Assembly (NCBI RefSeq): GCF_018350175.1
Contig: NC_058368.1
Location: 193,938,001-194,002,000, forward strand
Direction: 5' to 3'
Length of the DNA: 64,000 nt
From: Felis catus
Lineage: Eukaryota
The first letter of the stretch is position 1. Each line of letters starts with the position of its first letter. This document shows, one piece after another, positions 12,891 to 25,659 of the stretch. Both the position numbers and the translations under genes were made by a program. Below the pieces are notes generated by a model. It was not told the origin of the DNA and ran no database searches. It was given only the letters and a program-made list of their open reading frames with translations.

Positions 12891-14089
12891 ATATGGGTGA
12901 GATTCAGCTATGGTTCATACAGAGGCAAATTTCTTTTCCCCTGTGCACCATGAAACCAAACAAGTTATGTGCTTCCGAAATAAAATGGTGGAGCAAACAT
13001 AAGATAGACATTCCTTTCCCCAAAGGCAAACATGGAAGAAGAAAGGAATGACATGTCCCAAGTATTTTAAAAACCAAGTGACGCAGACTCCGGGAGACCT
13101 TAAGCCTTGAGAATAATATTCCTTGACTTGATACTCTGTTTTCCATGTGCCCTAGTGCAGCAGTGTCATCTCCATGACTTGCTGGGACTGCCCCACAGCA
13201 GCGGCTCTCTGCCTGAGCACCACCTCCACCATGGTTCTCTGCTAGGACCCCATACCAGCTGCTAGAGCAGCTTTTCCAGGCTGAGGCCCCTGGACCTTGG
13301 CTCTTCTGAGTGAGTCAAGCCTTATATCTCCTCTAGGCACAGCCCATGCTGCAGTCTTCAGTAAGGGCCCCACATTTGAGGCACTGGACCGGGGTATCCT
13401 GGCCCACCTGAACTACAGAGATGGTCTCACCCTTTGAAACCTCTGCCCTCAGTCCCTTGTACTCTGAGCCTGTGGTGGGACTGGGGTTCTCTGAATCATC
13501 TTCAGTATCATTCTTCCATTGTCTTGAGGACTAGCATCTGACTTCTGTCGAGATGGCTAACATGTACTAATTTCCTTATTAAATGGTTGCTTGCCCAAAC
13601 CATTAGTTCCTTTTTTTTCCAACATGGATAGACTGAGAATTTTCAAGTCTTTAAGCTCTATTTCCTTTTTGATTAACAGTTTCACTTTTAAGTCATTTCT
13701 CTGTTTGCATTATACTACAAGCAGTCAGAAGGAGCCACACTGCACCTTCAACACATGGCTTAGAAATTTCCTGAGTTAAACATCCAATTTCATCACTTGC
13801 AAATTCTACCTTCCACAAAATACTGGAACACGAGCACAATTCAGCCAAGTCCTTTGCCCCTTTATCACAAAGATCACCTTTCCTTCTGTTTCCAGCAACT
13901 TGTCCCTCATTGCATTCTGAGACCTCATCAGAATGGACTTTACTGTCCATGTTTCTACCAGCATTCTGTTCAAGATTACTTGGGTGTTCCCTAAGAATAT
14001 TGAGGCTTACTCTGAAACTTTCCTGCTTTCTTCAAGTTATCACCGGAATCACGTTTAAAGGTTTGTTCATAGATGTTTAGGCTTTTTCT

Positions 14090-14131
14090 TTTTTTCTTTT
14101 CTTTTTTCACATTTTTTACTGTTTATTTACT

Positions 14132-14174
<43 letters not shown>

Positions 14175-14332
14175 CAGGCGGAGGGGCAGATAGAGAGGGA
14201 GACACAATTTGAAGCAGGCTCCAGGCTCTGAGCTGTCAGCACAGAACCTCATGCGGGTCTTGAACCCACAGCCATGAGATCATGACCTGAGCCGAAGTTG
14301 GACACTCAACCGGCAAGCCACCCAGGCACCCC
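14090..14332 (-). mobile_element. CAN-SINE (SINEC_Fc) in MaLR internal region
   Basis: Poly-T, (GA)n, 'gaagcaggctccaggctctgagctgtcagcacag...cccaggcacccc'; degenerate TSD gtttagg(c/t)tt(t/c)ttct. Confidence 0.95.
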
Positions 14333-14444
14333 AGTTTAGGTTTCTTCTAAGCAGGCACCTCAAAACTAAACCCTGCCTCTATTACCCAGTTCTAAATCCA
14401 CTTCCACATTGCTGGGTATTTGTTACAGTAGTCCTTACCCCCAC

Positions 14445-14925
14445 AGATAAATTGATTGATTATAAGGAATTGGATCACAACATTATGAATGCTGAGAAAT
14501 CCTTTGATCTACTATTTCCAAACTGGAGACCCAGGAAGTCTGGTGGTATAATTCAATCTAAGTCTGAAGGTTAGCCTGAGAGGTAGCGGAGGCAATAATA
14601 AAGATGTCAATTTGAGTCTGAAGACCTAAGAGCCAGGACTGCAGAGGGTAGAAGATGCATGTCTCAGATCAAACAATCAGGCAGAAGAGCCAAATTCTTC
14701 CTTTCTCTGCCTTTTTGTTCTATTCTGGCCCTTTCCAGGTGGATGATCACCACTCATATTGGGTAGGGCAAAGAATTTTACTGAGCCCACTGATTCAAAT
14801 GCTAATTTTTCTTAGAAACATCTTCACAGACACACACACAGGAATAATGTTTAGCCAAATATTTGGACACCTGATGTCAAGTTACTCACCTTCAGTCAAG
14901 TAAGCACAAAAAATTAACCATCACA
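14445..14925 (-). mobile_element. MLT2 (ERVL) LTR, partial
   Basis: 'tataaggaattggatcacaacattatg...ctggagacccaggaagtctggtggtataattc...aaattaaccatcaca'. Confidence 0.85.
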
Positions 14926-15169
14926 TGGATGATTTTCTCTCATCTGTTAGGGCACTGTTGTTCATTCATATTTTTGACAACATGTTTTTAGGATTACAAA
15001 GGTTATTGGCTAAAACCCCTGCCACTGCCATTGAAACCACATAAGACAATGAGTAAGCACATCTTTTTTATACACCTCAGAGAGAAGAAACACAAGGTAG
15101 AATATAATGGGGGAAACAATCATATCAAGTCTAGCCTTGTTTTAGAGGAGACAGACATGCTTAGGTTCA

Positions 15170-15640
15170 TACCTAATTTATTGGAGATGATATCAGTAGT
15201 AATCTGTGCCAGAAAGCATCTAAATTCTTTATATATAATGTCTCATTTAATCCTCACAATAATCTGAATTGTGACAATTGCTGATAATTTACAATTGAGC
15301 AACCTGAAACCAAAGGGGTTAAGTAAATTATTCAAGAATGCACAGCTAATAAGTAGCAAAGCCACGATTTAAAATCTGATCAGTCTAGGGGCGCCTGGGT
15401 GGCTCAGTCGGTTGAGCAGCCAACTTCGGCTCAGGTCACGATCTCACGGTCTGTGAGTTCGAGCCCCGCGTCGGGCTCTGTGCTGACCGCTCAGAGCCTG
15501 GAGCCTGTTTCAGATTCTGTGTCTCCATCTCTCTCTGACCCTCCCCCATTCATGCTCTGTCTCTCTCTGTCTCAAAAATAAATAAATGTTAAAATCTGAT
15601 CAGTCTAATTTCTGGGCAGTCCTTACACTCTATCATCTCT
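15170..15640 (-). mobile_element. MIR relic split by a SINE
   Basis: 'tctcatttaatcctcacaataatc...ggggttaagtaaattattcaagaatgcacagctaataagtagc'. Confidence 0.7.
15388..15590 (+). mobile_element. Young SINEC_Fc CAN-SINE with perfect TSD
   Basis: CpG-rich 'ggggcgcctgggtggctcagtcggttgag...gttcgagccccgcgtcgggctc'; identical TSD aaaatctgatcagtcta at 15371-15387 and 15591-15607. Confidence 0.98.
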
Positions 15641-16039
15641 GTTTTCTTTCCTGTACTCTTGAGTTTCTTGGGAAAGTCCTTTTTCGCTTTTCTAAGCCAC
15701 CACTTTTTAAACCATCATGAGGAGATAAAATTTTTAAAGCAACTGGAAAAAAATAAGAAATTGATGGCAGTAAATATTTATATGAGTAGAAGAGATTAGC
15801 TCTGCCTTAATCCTATCCCCTTAAAGAATATCCTTTCAAATGTTGGTCTGAATAAAATATTGCTTTATTATGTAGGTTAGGGTCAACTTATGAATTAGTC
15901 ATCTGTCACAATCAGAGTTTTTAGAAATCCTCAAGACCATGGCATAGCAGGGGCATGAAATAAATATTTTTCCAGTAATTGAACTCAGTTAAATTATGCT
16001 ATTACATTATGCCTATAAAAACCCTTCTGATGTTCACTA

Positions 16040-16530
16040 AGTTAGTCAGGGTTCTCTTGCCTGAAAATAACAGAATCCCAACTCAAATTGGCTTACAAAA
16101 TTTGAAATGTATTGGCCTATGTACACGAAAAGTCCCACAGTGAGCAGCTTTAGCTACAGGTGGACTCAGGGTCCTATTATTAGCAACCTGTCTCTGTCCT
16201 TCTCTCTGACTGTCTTTCCTCTGTGTTGGCTTCATAGCCAGACAAGATTTTTTTGCATGTATTTCGCAAAAGATCCAGGAAAGCCCTCAAATTCTTTAAT
16301 TGACTGTGTGGGTCCATTCCTGAACCAATCAATGAAGCAAAGGGGTTCAGTACACTGATTGGCCAGGTCATGTGTCTACTCCATTCCCAGAGCTAATGGA
16401 TGGGGTCAGTCCTGCATGAACTACCTAGACTGATAGTGAAGCAAGGTAAGTTTTCCAAAGAGAATGAATGAGTTATTTCTAATTGAGGGAGACTGGGTAA
16501 TACATAGGCAGGAGTAAAAAGTTTACTTGC
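16040..16530 (-). mobile_element. MLT1J/K-like LTR relic
   Basis: 'gttagtcagggttctcttgcctgaaaataacagaatcccaactcaaattggctta...ctgaaccaatca...ctgattggccaggtc'. Confidence 0.7.
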
Positions 16531-17728
16531 TTGACATTGTGTCATCTGTTCTCTGGGATAAGGAGCTTTAATTTTTGAAGTGTTCTTCAAATGGTAAGAT
16601 CCAGAGTCCTCTTAATAAACTAGTTATTCTTCTATAACTTTTGTGACCAAGATATTGAGTGATATATAGACCAAGTGAGAAACAGCTGAAGGGAATTTCC
16701 TTAGGGGATATATGTGTGTATGGGTAGTGGGGATAATTGTTATGATCTTGGAGCAGAGGAGGCAAAATGGAGAAATGAGTGCTTCTTTCAGGTTTTGGAA
16801 GGAATGATGGATATGAAGTAGCAGGGAAACAAAGTTGGAATTAATGTACAGTTAATTTATGCTGTTCTCCAGGATTTTAGGCAGTTGGGACCAAAGAAAT
16901 CCATAATTATTTAAATTAACTATGTAGCATTTTACCAAGTGTCAGACAGTGTTGTAAAACTTGAATTTTAACTCATTTGATCCTGAGAGGTAGAATTATT
17001 ATCTCCACTTTCCATAAGAGGAAAACAACCTAGACAAGTTAAGTGACTTGCTAAAAGCTACTCAAATACTAAATGGAAGAGCCAGAAATAGAACTCAGTG
17101 AGCTCTATTTTGAACTTCTGATCTCCAGAGCCATAAGATAATATATCTGTGTTGTTTTAAGCCAGTAAGTTTACCGTAGACTGTTATAGTTGTCACTAGC
17201 ATCTACTGCACTGTGCATCTTCTCAGAATAAGCCTTACCACCATCAATATTATCTCTGCTTTGCAAGTGACTTAGTGACAGAGTAGAGACTGACTGTCTT
17301 AGCTAGGACTTGGACGTCATGCTTGAAACTTAGAAGTCCATTGTTCACACTTTTTCTAGTGCACATCCTTACAGCATATTTGAGAGCTGATGCTGTCTCT
17401 TCAATGACATTTCTAGTATATATGAATTAATAACAACAACAAAAACCCAAAACAAAACAAAAAACTAAGAGGAAGAATTGAGGAAAACAAAACTCCTTGG
17501 TTTTCTTGTTGGTGCTTGCTTTTTTGGTGAATAAACCATCTGCCTGAATGCCCTGTTCAGTTAGCATTGGGTGATTAATAGCATAGCTCATCTGTGAACT
17601 ACCACGGAGCTCTCTCCAAGAAGTGCCAGGCTGTAAACACCAGCAACTGATCAATGCCGTTTTGATGAAGTACTGAGACTCCTTTTTATACAAAGGCTTT
17701 TTTTATGATTCTTTCTAACACTTAACAG

Positions 17729-17768
17729 ACCACTGATCATGGAAAAGACATTTCAAATTCGTAGGCCA
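17729..17768 (+). other. Candidate 40-nt exon (unverified)
   Basis: T-rich 'ttctttctaacacttaacAG' acceptor and 'CCA|GTAAGT' donor in non-repetitive sequence; one frame is open (PLIMEKTFQIRRP). Confidence 0.35.
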
Positions 17769-18534
17769 GTAAGTGTTCTGTTGTTATGTTGGCCTCTTTT
17801 CCCATTTTACTCCCTGCAGAGTTTTTTGAAGGCAGTAGTTGTTTTTGTTTTTGAAAGAGTGATGTGTTTTTTTACTTTTTCATGAAAATTACCAGAATTA
17901 CAATGGAATTTTTTTTCTAGTTTGTATAATTATGATTAATGATGAGTAACATAATTTCAGGAATTACAATCAGTGAGGCAAAGCCTGACATGTAATTTTA
18001 AGTTGTAGTACTGAGTTGCAAGTTTTAAATTGATTCTACATCAGAATCAATATCTTTTACAATCCAAAGTAATTCTCTTTATGGAATGCTATTTTGAATG
18101 GAATGTTGGGAAGAATAAAACCGTTGTATATTTTTACTTTTCCTGTTAGACTTTCTTGTTTTTGTAAAACTCTCTATTATGGAGAATTTCAAGCATTTAG
18201 AGAAGCCATATCTGTATTATACTAAACTGCCACATGTGCATCACTCAGCTTCAACAATTACTAGCTCAGAGCCAGTCTTGTTTCAATTATCTCCATTCAT
18301 TTGTCCCCACCCCACTGGATTATTTTAAGGCAAAGTGCTAGTTTTAAAATATTGTTTGGGCATGTGTTTGGGGATTAGATTTAACTTTTGGGGTGGAGGA
18401 TGAACTATTTTCTTTTCATCGAAGAGAAACATTCCTTTCAAAGCAAGATTTTGATGAAATTTTTTCACATTTTCCTTTCTGAGAAAGAGATGATTCTGTA
18501 TTTCTTCTAAGCCCCTCTGAAGTATACTGTCTTA

Positions 18535-19025
18535 TTAATAGTTCAGCAGATTGAGCTCCTGCTGTATGTCAGGAAGAGTACTGGACTTTGGTGACACAGT
18601 GACGACTAAGGAAAAGGGCGTGTGCTCAAATAAGTCATTATCTAGCAGGGTGAATAAATAAGCCTAGTAATGCATGATGAGAATAATGGTAGAGTTACGT
18701 AGGATTATGAAAAAGGAACATCTAGTCCAGCCTTGGAGTGTTAAGAAGGTGTTCTAGAAGACAGATGTCAAAATAGACACTAGAAGGATAAATAAGATTA
18801 AGAAGTAATGAAGGTAGGAGTAGGGCAGAGTTTATCTCCTGGGAGGGAAAAACTATGTGAAGATCTGTGAGTAGAGGGGATTATATTGCACCGCTGGCAG
18901 CAGGTAGAATATAAAAGGGAAAAGTGGTAAGAGTTGAGGCCAGAGAGGTGAACGAGGAGTTTGGATTTTAACTAAAGCTTAGGGAGAGCCTTTAGAGCAT
19001 TTTATTCAGGGGGCTGACAAGGTGA
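18535..19025 (-). mobile_element. L2 relic
   Basis: 'ttgagctcctgctgtatgtcagg...gagttgaggccagagagg...gagtttggatttta...gggagagcctttagagcattt'. Confidence 0.7.
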
Positions 19026-19647
19026 ATCACAGAATGTTGTTACAGTCTAATCACCACAAAATTGACCTGAGGGATTTAATCACTAAAGTAAAGACATCAG
19101 ACAGCTAGTCACATCCATGCCTGGGTCTCTGGCCTTTTGACTTCTGGTGCAAGGTATTGTATCTTCCTCTGGTTTTTCTTTCATGTTTTTTTTTTTTTAA
19201 TTTTTAATCACTAAAGGCTGCCAGTAATTCTCTAAGTGGAAATCATCTTACTTTGGTCATTAACCCCCAGTATAATAGGACATAAAACTAAGGAGTAAGA
19301 CTCCTAGTCCAATTTCCTCAGTAGTAATCATTGCAGAACTATTCAAACCATTGATAATCTTCTAGTTAGTCTGTAGTGCTTTTTCCCTCTCTGCCACTAT
19401 GCCTGCCACCTTACATCCTCAAATTAGAACACCTAAATGACTAAATCCCAAAGGATTTGGTTGCAATGATGTTACACTGGGAAGAAAAGGTTAAGTGTGA
19501 CCAGGGGGAATGAAGGACACATGAGCAGAGGGCAGGAAATCTAGCTCCATGGGTTCAGGGATTTCAGAGATCTTTCTCACTAGAGTATCAGGTTTGAGCA
19601 AATGAGAAGAGCAGAAATATTAACTTTTTCTTGGTACTGCTAAGGAG

Positions 19648-19871
19648 CAGGAGTTAGTAAACTGCAGTCCATGGGCCAAATTGAGCTTACTACCTGCCTT
19701 TGTAAAGAAAGTTCTATTTGAACACAACCATTCTCATTCATTTACATATTGCATATGGCTGCTTTTATGCTATAATGGTAGAGTTGAATAGTTTCAACAG
19801 AGAGAATATGGCCTGCAAAGCTTAATATATTTATTCTCTGGCCTTTCACAAAAAAGATTTGCCAACCCATG
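19648..19871 (-). mobile_element. MER58A-like hAT DNA transposon, near complete
   Basis: Terminal inverted repeats 'caggagttagtaaact' / 'atttgccaacccatg'; degenerate 8-bp TSD ctaaggag/ctatagag. Confidence 0.85.
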
Positions 19872-22800
19872 CTATAGAGGGTGAGTCACTGAAAGTGAAT
19901 CTTGGACTCAATTCTGTTCTGGAATCTGAAGAAGTACTCATAAGTGATAGGGCCCATGGGGGGTTCACGTAGGTGGGTCTGGAGCCTTAGTTATCATGAG
20001 GCTGAGGGTTTCCTTGGGCCCTATAAGCCCTTGCTTCGGGTGAGATGTTTGAGGAAGCTGCTTTCCAGTTCATTGAACCCCAAAAGGGCTTTCATTTAAA
20101 ATTACCTAATATAAGCTCAGTGGTGGTACAAGGACACTTCTTACCATCTGGGGACTGGTGAATTTCCACTGCTGTGTGGCATTTGCTTTATGGCATTCAA
20201 GCGATGAGCAGAGCTTTCACTTCCAGCTGTGAGGCATCTGGCTCGGATGCCTCCCCTCCTCTTTGCCACAGTATTCCTGATGTTCCCGCTGTGTGTTCTG
20301 AACTGGATTGGCATCTATCTTCCCCTCTGCAGTGCCCTTGCAGGCTTTGCCAGATCCACACCAGCCCAATCCATCTTCCTTTTGACTCAGCAGGCTTGCC
20401 CTCTGGGTGCCTTGCTACCCTTGGGGAAACAGCACAGTTTGAGTTTGACTGTGAAGACTCTCAGAGCTGTACCCCAAGTGGAATTTATTAATTCACTCAC
20501 TATAGTGCCTTTTCTCAGCATCAACTATATGTATGGATAGAGGTCTGCATGAAATACCACTTGAATCACTGAAAGGTCTTCCTTGGCCCAAAATATTTTT
20601 TTCTATTGACCCTGCTTGTGGTGCTTGAACTATCCCAATTTGAGTTAAGAATCCAAGAGCACTTCTTAAAATAATGTTTCCTCTGCAGACTAACTCAGCC
20701 AGCTACTAGCTGCTACTTAAGTTAAATATGAATGAGTTAAGTGGAGTAACTGTAGGAAAAAATCAGAATCTCCAAGTAAAAGGGACAAGGGAGAGGAATC
20801 TTGGGAATGCTGGTCACAGACAGGCCCAATTGGCACATTCAGAAAGAAATATATAGATGCTGTGTGCCTGGGAGAGAAGTTATAAACTTGGAGGAAAGGG
20901 CATTAAAAGTATTCTGACATTGAAATTATGGAATAGTAGAGGTGGAAGAAGCTGGCTGTTGACAGGTGAGACCACAGAGGGACAGGAAGGAGCTGAGACT
21001 TCCCTGAGGAACTGCAGAGAGTAACTAACAGAATTTGGACTAGGATCTAGATCTGCTGACACCTAGGTCCAAGATTTTTCTACATCCTGCCCTTTCCCAA
21101 AGTGTGCTCTGGACAGTACTAACTGTGCAAATATTAATAGGATTTTTACATGGAGAAAAAGACATGGTGGTTAAATAAGTTTAAGAAACAAGGTTAGAAA
21201 GAGACCTTGCTGGTCAGGGTACTCATCTGGAAGTCTTGGGATATGACCTCTATCCAGTAGATACTTACTGATAACCTGCTATAAGCTATCATGCTAATAG
21301 CTGGAGGTACAATCATGAACAAAAGAGAAATGGCCCTTTTTCTCATGATTTGACAGCCTGTCTCCCCACCAGAAGATAGATATTGATCAAATAATCATAC
21401 AAGTGCATATGTATTTACAAACTGACTAGTGCTCTATGGGGATGTAATTTAGTTCTCTAGAAGTCAAAGAGTCCTATTGGTACAGTGGTTCAGAGATGAC
21501 TTGTGGGATGAAAGGATTCTTGAGCTGGTAAGTGAAAGGTAAGCATAAATTAATTAGGTGAAGAGCAGACCAGGCAGGTGCATGCAGCAGGAAGAGCATG
21601 GTGCACTAGAGCAGGAAGTTCTGTTTAGGTCCCCTGGTTGCTGGGGTGGGGAGGGGAGAGGAGGAGACAAATGGGCTAGGACACTAGGCTTCATCCTCTA
21701 GATACAAGAAACCTTGACTATTTCCCCAGTGTGTCTTACAAATTCTCTCTGTGCTGTGAAAAAGGTTGAGATATGCTGCATCAGGGAAACTAAAAGGCTG
21801 AATTTAGTGAGTTAGGACAGTGGTGAGAGATGAAACTATGAGATCATGGTAGAGGTTTAAGATACTCCCTGAGTGACCTTGCGTGAGTTCCATACTTTTT
21901 TCGAAACTCAGCCTCTTCTTCCAAAATTGGACCAGACAATCTGTTTGGTTTTTGCTGTAATCAGTTCTTCTTTTACACTCCTCTAATTTTGATTTAAAGT
22001 AAAAAAAAAAATCAAACAAGAGTATTTGGCTCCAGAAAGGCTGTACCTTTAGACTGTCTTCCAGGTCAGGCTGGATTTAAGGACTGCTGATTTACTTTTG
22101 CCTTGGCCAAGATGATTAGTGTGTTAACATGGGGGCCAAGCAGTCCTGCCAGACAATAATCAACTGTGATTTCATATGACTTGTTATTGATATTCTCCAT
22201 TCACTCCCTGACATGGACTCAGGAGCCTGAGTTCCCTATGTCTTTCAATTCTAAATATAGCAACTCCCCTGGTCACAGACTTGGTTTTTGCCATCATAGG
22301 AAGGGAAGTGGCAAAACCTAGGCTTGCTTGTCTGGTGAGTAGGTTGCTAGAGTCCTGGTTTTACGCTGCCACATACCTCAGCTCATTTTGGACCATCACT
22401 GACAAACACATTCCTCAAAAAACAAACAACACCCCCCCCCCCACCACACACACACACACAACCAGAAAACTCTCTTCCTGGAGTTAGCATTTCTTCTAAG
22501 ACTTCCAGGAATGTGTGGTGGCTATTCAGGGCCATTTTCCTTCCTCCCATCAACCAATTCTGACTTTGTGGCTTACACATTTCATACATCACACACAGTT
22601 AACAACTGTTGTGATACTCTGAGATGTGATGACCGAGTCCCTAGCAAAACCTGTCCAGGCAACTTCTGAGCAGTATATGTAAATGCCAATACACTGAACT
22701 CCTTCACCTCTGGGAACACTAAGGACTGACTGTCTAATGAACAGAGAGGATTTATAATGGGACTTCCCTATACAGAGAACCTTAAATGAAGAAGAAATAA

Positions 22801-23622
22801 TTGAGGAGAAGTAAGAACACTTGAGTTCCATGTTAGAGAAACTAGATTCAAAGCCCAGTCCTGTTATTTACAAGACTTGTGCCTTGAGTGAGTTACTTAA
22901 ATTCTCTGGGCCCCAATTTTCATATCTTTTAAATGCAGATTTTAGTAAAGTTATAACACAAATTAAATGGAGGGATGCATGAAAGAACTTAGCATACTCA
23001 GGCCTGTAGTAAACATTCCAGTAATACTGGTAATAAAATTAAATATACAATAAGTATTCCATAGTCTTCTGTATTCTATTTATTCCTTTTTTCTATTATT
23101 TTTAGACAACCACCATATTTTTCCTGTTATCTTCTATAAAAGTTCTAGCTGTGTTCTCCTATGTAGTCATGACTAACATCAGGGCCTCTGTTGTGGATAT
23201 TCCTGTCCACCATCAGAGAACACTGTCAACATTATGGTACCTTATAGGATTGAGCAGTCCAAATGTTCCTTATGAATTCTCCCATCTGTGCAGCACAGGT
23301 ACTTGTGTAGGATGACAGTGGTTCATGAGACCATCTGAATGGAGAACAGAAAGTGGATGAGCCAATCTTAAAGGCTATTGGAAGCCCTAAGGTAGCAATT
23401 GCTTCTAGCAGACTTCTGGGGCTGTTTTGGCCACATTTTCAGTGAGTTCTATACTAAATTCCCTTTAGCCCCAGAGGAGAGGGCCATTATTTCTGTCCTC
23501 AGATTGTATGGCCATTGACCCAAAAAGACTGCATATCTGTGTGCCTATCCCAGCTTCATTTCTTTCATCCCTGGGGCCCAATAGGCAGCCTTGACCCTGA
23601 TTCATTAGCCACAACACTTCTA

Positions 23623-23812
23623 GATACTTATTTATTTTTGGAAGAGGACATGTCGGTGAAAGGCAGAGAGAGGGGGACAGAGGGTTCAAAGCGGGCTCTG
23701 CGCTGACAAGTTGACAGCAGCAAGTGTGATGTGGAGCTTGAACTCATGAACTACAAGATCATGACCTGAGCCTAAGTCAGAGGTTCAACTGACTGAGCCA
23801 CTGAGGTACCCC
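23623..23812 (-). mobile_element. CAN-SINE
   Basis: 'gagatcatgacctgagcc'-type core, ends 'ctgagccactgaggtacccc'; TSD tagc(c/a)acaa(c/t)acttcta. Confidence 0.95.
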
Positions 23813-24209
23813 TAGCAACAATACTTCTAATTGCTGTTGGGTCCAGATGTACCAGGCATTTCCTGTTGGGCATACATCACGTGTGTTGTATCCTTCCTGC
23901 CTCATTAGTCCCACATTGATTTCTGATTCTGTCTCTTTCTACAATTCATGTTGGCCCAGCAATGAACACAGGGCTTGCTAAAGAGAGCCAGTGACTCTTC
24001 CTTTGGTGTACAATGGAAAGCATAAAGGTTATTCCAACTTAATACAATTGGACTCTGAACAAAGTTGCTACTTGTCCCTAATGGGCTTTAGAAATAGTGT
24101 TTTTTGTTTTTTTGTTTTTTTGTTTTTTTGTTTTTATGGCAGGGTGTTCATTAGTCTTCCTGAATAGATTTCATTAATATCTCTCCCCTCCCTTCCCTGA
24201 TTCCAGCAA

Positions 24210-25330
24210 TTCTTTTATTGTTCACTTACCCTCTAGGAAACTGGACTAGGTACTGGGAATACAGTGATGTATAAACATGTCCCCTTTCCATGGCACTTAC
24301 AATGTAGGAAGAGAAACCAAAAAAAATGTTAAGAATTTACGGTACTACATATCTGATGGAGGAAATTGAAATTGCTAAGAGAGCACAGAGGGGGGCACTT
24401 AACAGCATACAGTGATAGCTCACCTGAGGAATGAAAGTTGAGTAAAGGTTATCTAGGCAAGGAGAAGCTAGTTAGGATTTTTTAGCGAGGAGAAAATATG
24501 CCAATAGATATCAAATCATTCTTGTAAGTTTGACCCTTACCGTGAGAATAACAGGGATCCATAGAAGGTTATTGAACAGGAAGTTTATATGACAAGAGAA
24601 ATATTTTAGTATTATTAGTCTGTATGCAATGAATAAGAGAGCACAAGCCTTGAAGAAAGAATATCACTGTGGAAGTCTCTGCCATAAACTAGAGAGCTGG
24701 TAGGATTTGAAGTGGAAGCCACAGGATTTGGTGTTTGGATGTGAAGTTGGGGGCAGCATAAGAGACAGTGAAACATCAGTATTGACTGGGTTCCTTTACT
24801 GGGTGAATGATAGTGCTTTCTAATAAGACAGGGATCCTGAAATAGAAGGAAGATTTGAAGGGAAAATAAAGATCTTAGCTTTAGATGTTGAACCTGAATT
24901 GCCTGCAAGACTTCCTTTGTGGGTATATTTGGTGGAAAATGAAGTACTATGGTAAGTATTCAAGAAGGTGCTCTGAAGCCATATATTTTGGAGCCACCAG
25001 CAGGTAGAAGATATGTTAAACTGTAAAAATAAATGACATCATTTATATAAGGAAAGTATGGAAGGTAAGAGGGAGGCTAAGAATGGGACTCAGAGTGTTA
25101 CAGCATCAAAGTTCATGAAAAGAACTAGAAGAAAAGCTCAGAGAAGAAAGAAATCAAGGACTTGTTGCCAGACAAACTTAGAGGTAGATTTCCTTTCGGG
25201 GGGATGGTCTAACAGGAATATTCTAATAACTCATGGGTGTAAAGATAAAGAGACCTACTGGTCTTGGATTTTGTGTAGAGATGGTAGCAAGCTGAACACA
25301 AAGTCATTGTTATTGTCAACATTACGGTCA
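24210..25330 (-). mobile_element. L2 relic
   Basis: Purine-rich antisense L2 body, e.g. 'ggatttggtgtttggatgtg', 'ttagctttagatgttgaacctgaattgcctg'. Confidence 0.65.
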
Positions 25331-25439
25331 AAAGCAAATGTGGATACTAACCCTTGAAAGTCAATTAACTGTATGATGTGGGCTATATTTATATGATTTA
25401 ATGCTGATAGATTAATTTCCATTATAGCTTAGTGGCTTT

Positions 25440-25659
25440 TTTTTTAAGTTTATTTATTTTGAGATGGAGAAAGAGAGTGTGTGAGTAAGCACATGTGTAG
25501 GGGAGAGACAGAGAAAGAGGGAGAGAGAGAATTCCAACCAGGCTCCACGCTTTCAGCACAGAGCCAGGATATGAGTCTCAGTCTCACAGACTGTGAAATC
25601 ATGACCTGATCCTAAATCAAGAGTCAGACCCTTAACCTACTGTGCCACCCAGGCACCCC
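25440..25659 (-). mobile_element. CAN-SINE
   Basis: Poly-T head, 'aatcaagagtcagacccttaacctactgtgccacccaggcacccc'; TSD tagctta(g/a)tg(g/t)cttt. Confidence 0.95.

Larger units (their letters stand above)
12152..14440 (-). mobile_element. MaLR (MLT1A/MST-like) 3' LTR (12152-~12510) plus internal sequence; 5' LTR missing
   Basis: 'ttagtctatttgggctgctaaacaaaataccatagattgggtggcttaaacaac...aacattcagtccatag' LTR, then MaLR internal motifs ('cttggcttagaaatttc', 'cattctgagacctcatcagaatggac', 'cacttccacattgctgggtatttgttacag'). Confidence 0.85.

Noticed and set aside
15388..15470. tRNA-like A/B box sequences
   Set aside because: These are the tRNA-derived heads of CAN-SINEs, not tRNA genes
20174..20540. 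Two overlapping ~104-aa ORFs
   Set aside because: Non-ATG starts, no recognisable protein family, no convincing splice context; more likely non-coding unique sequence
21870..21990. Possible minus-strand exon (EECKRRTDYSKNQTDCLVQFWKKRLSFEKSMELTQ)
   Set aside because: Poor acceptor (A-rich before the AG), weak donor GTCACT and no recognisable peptide
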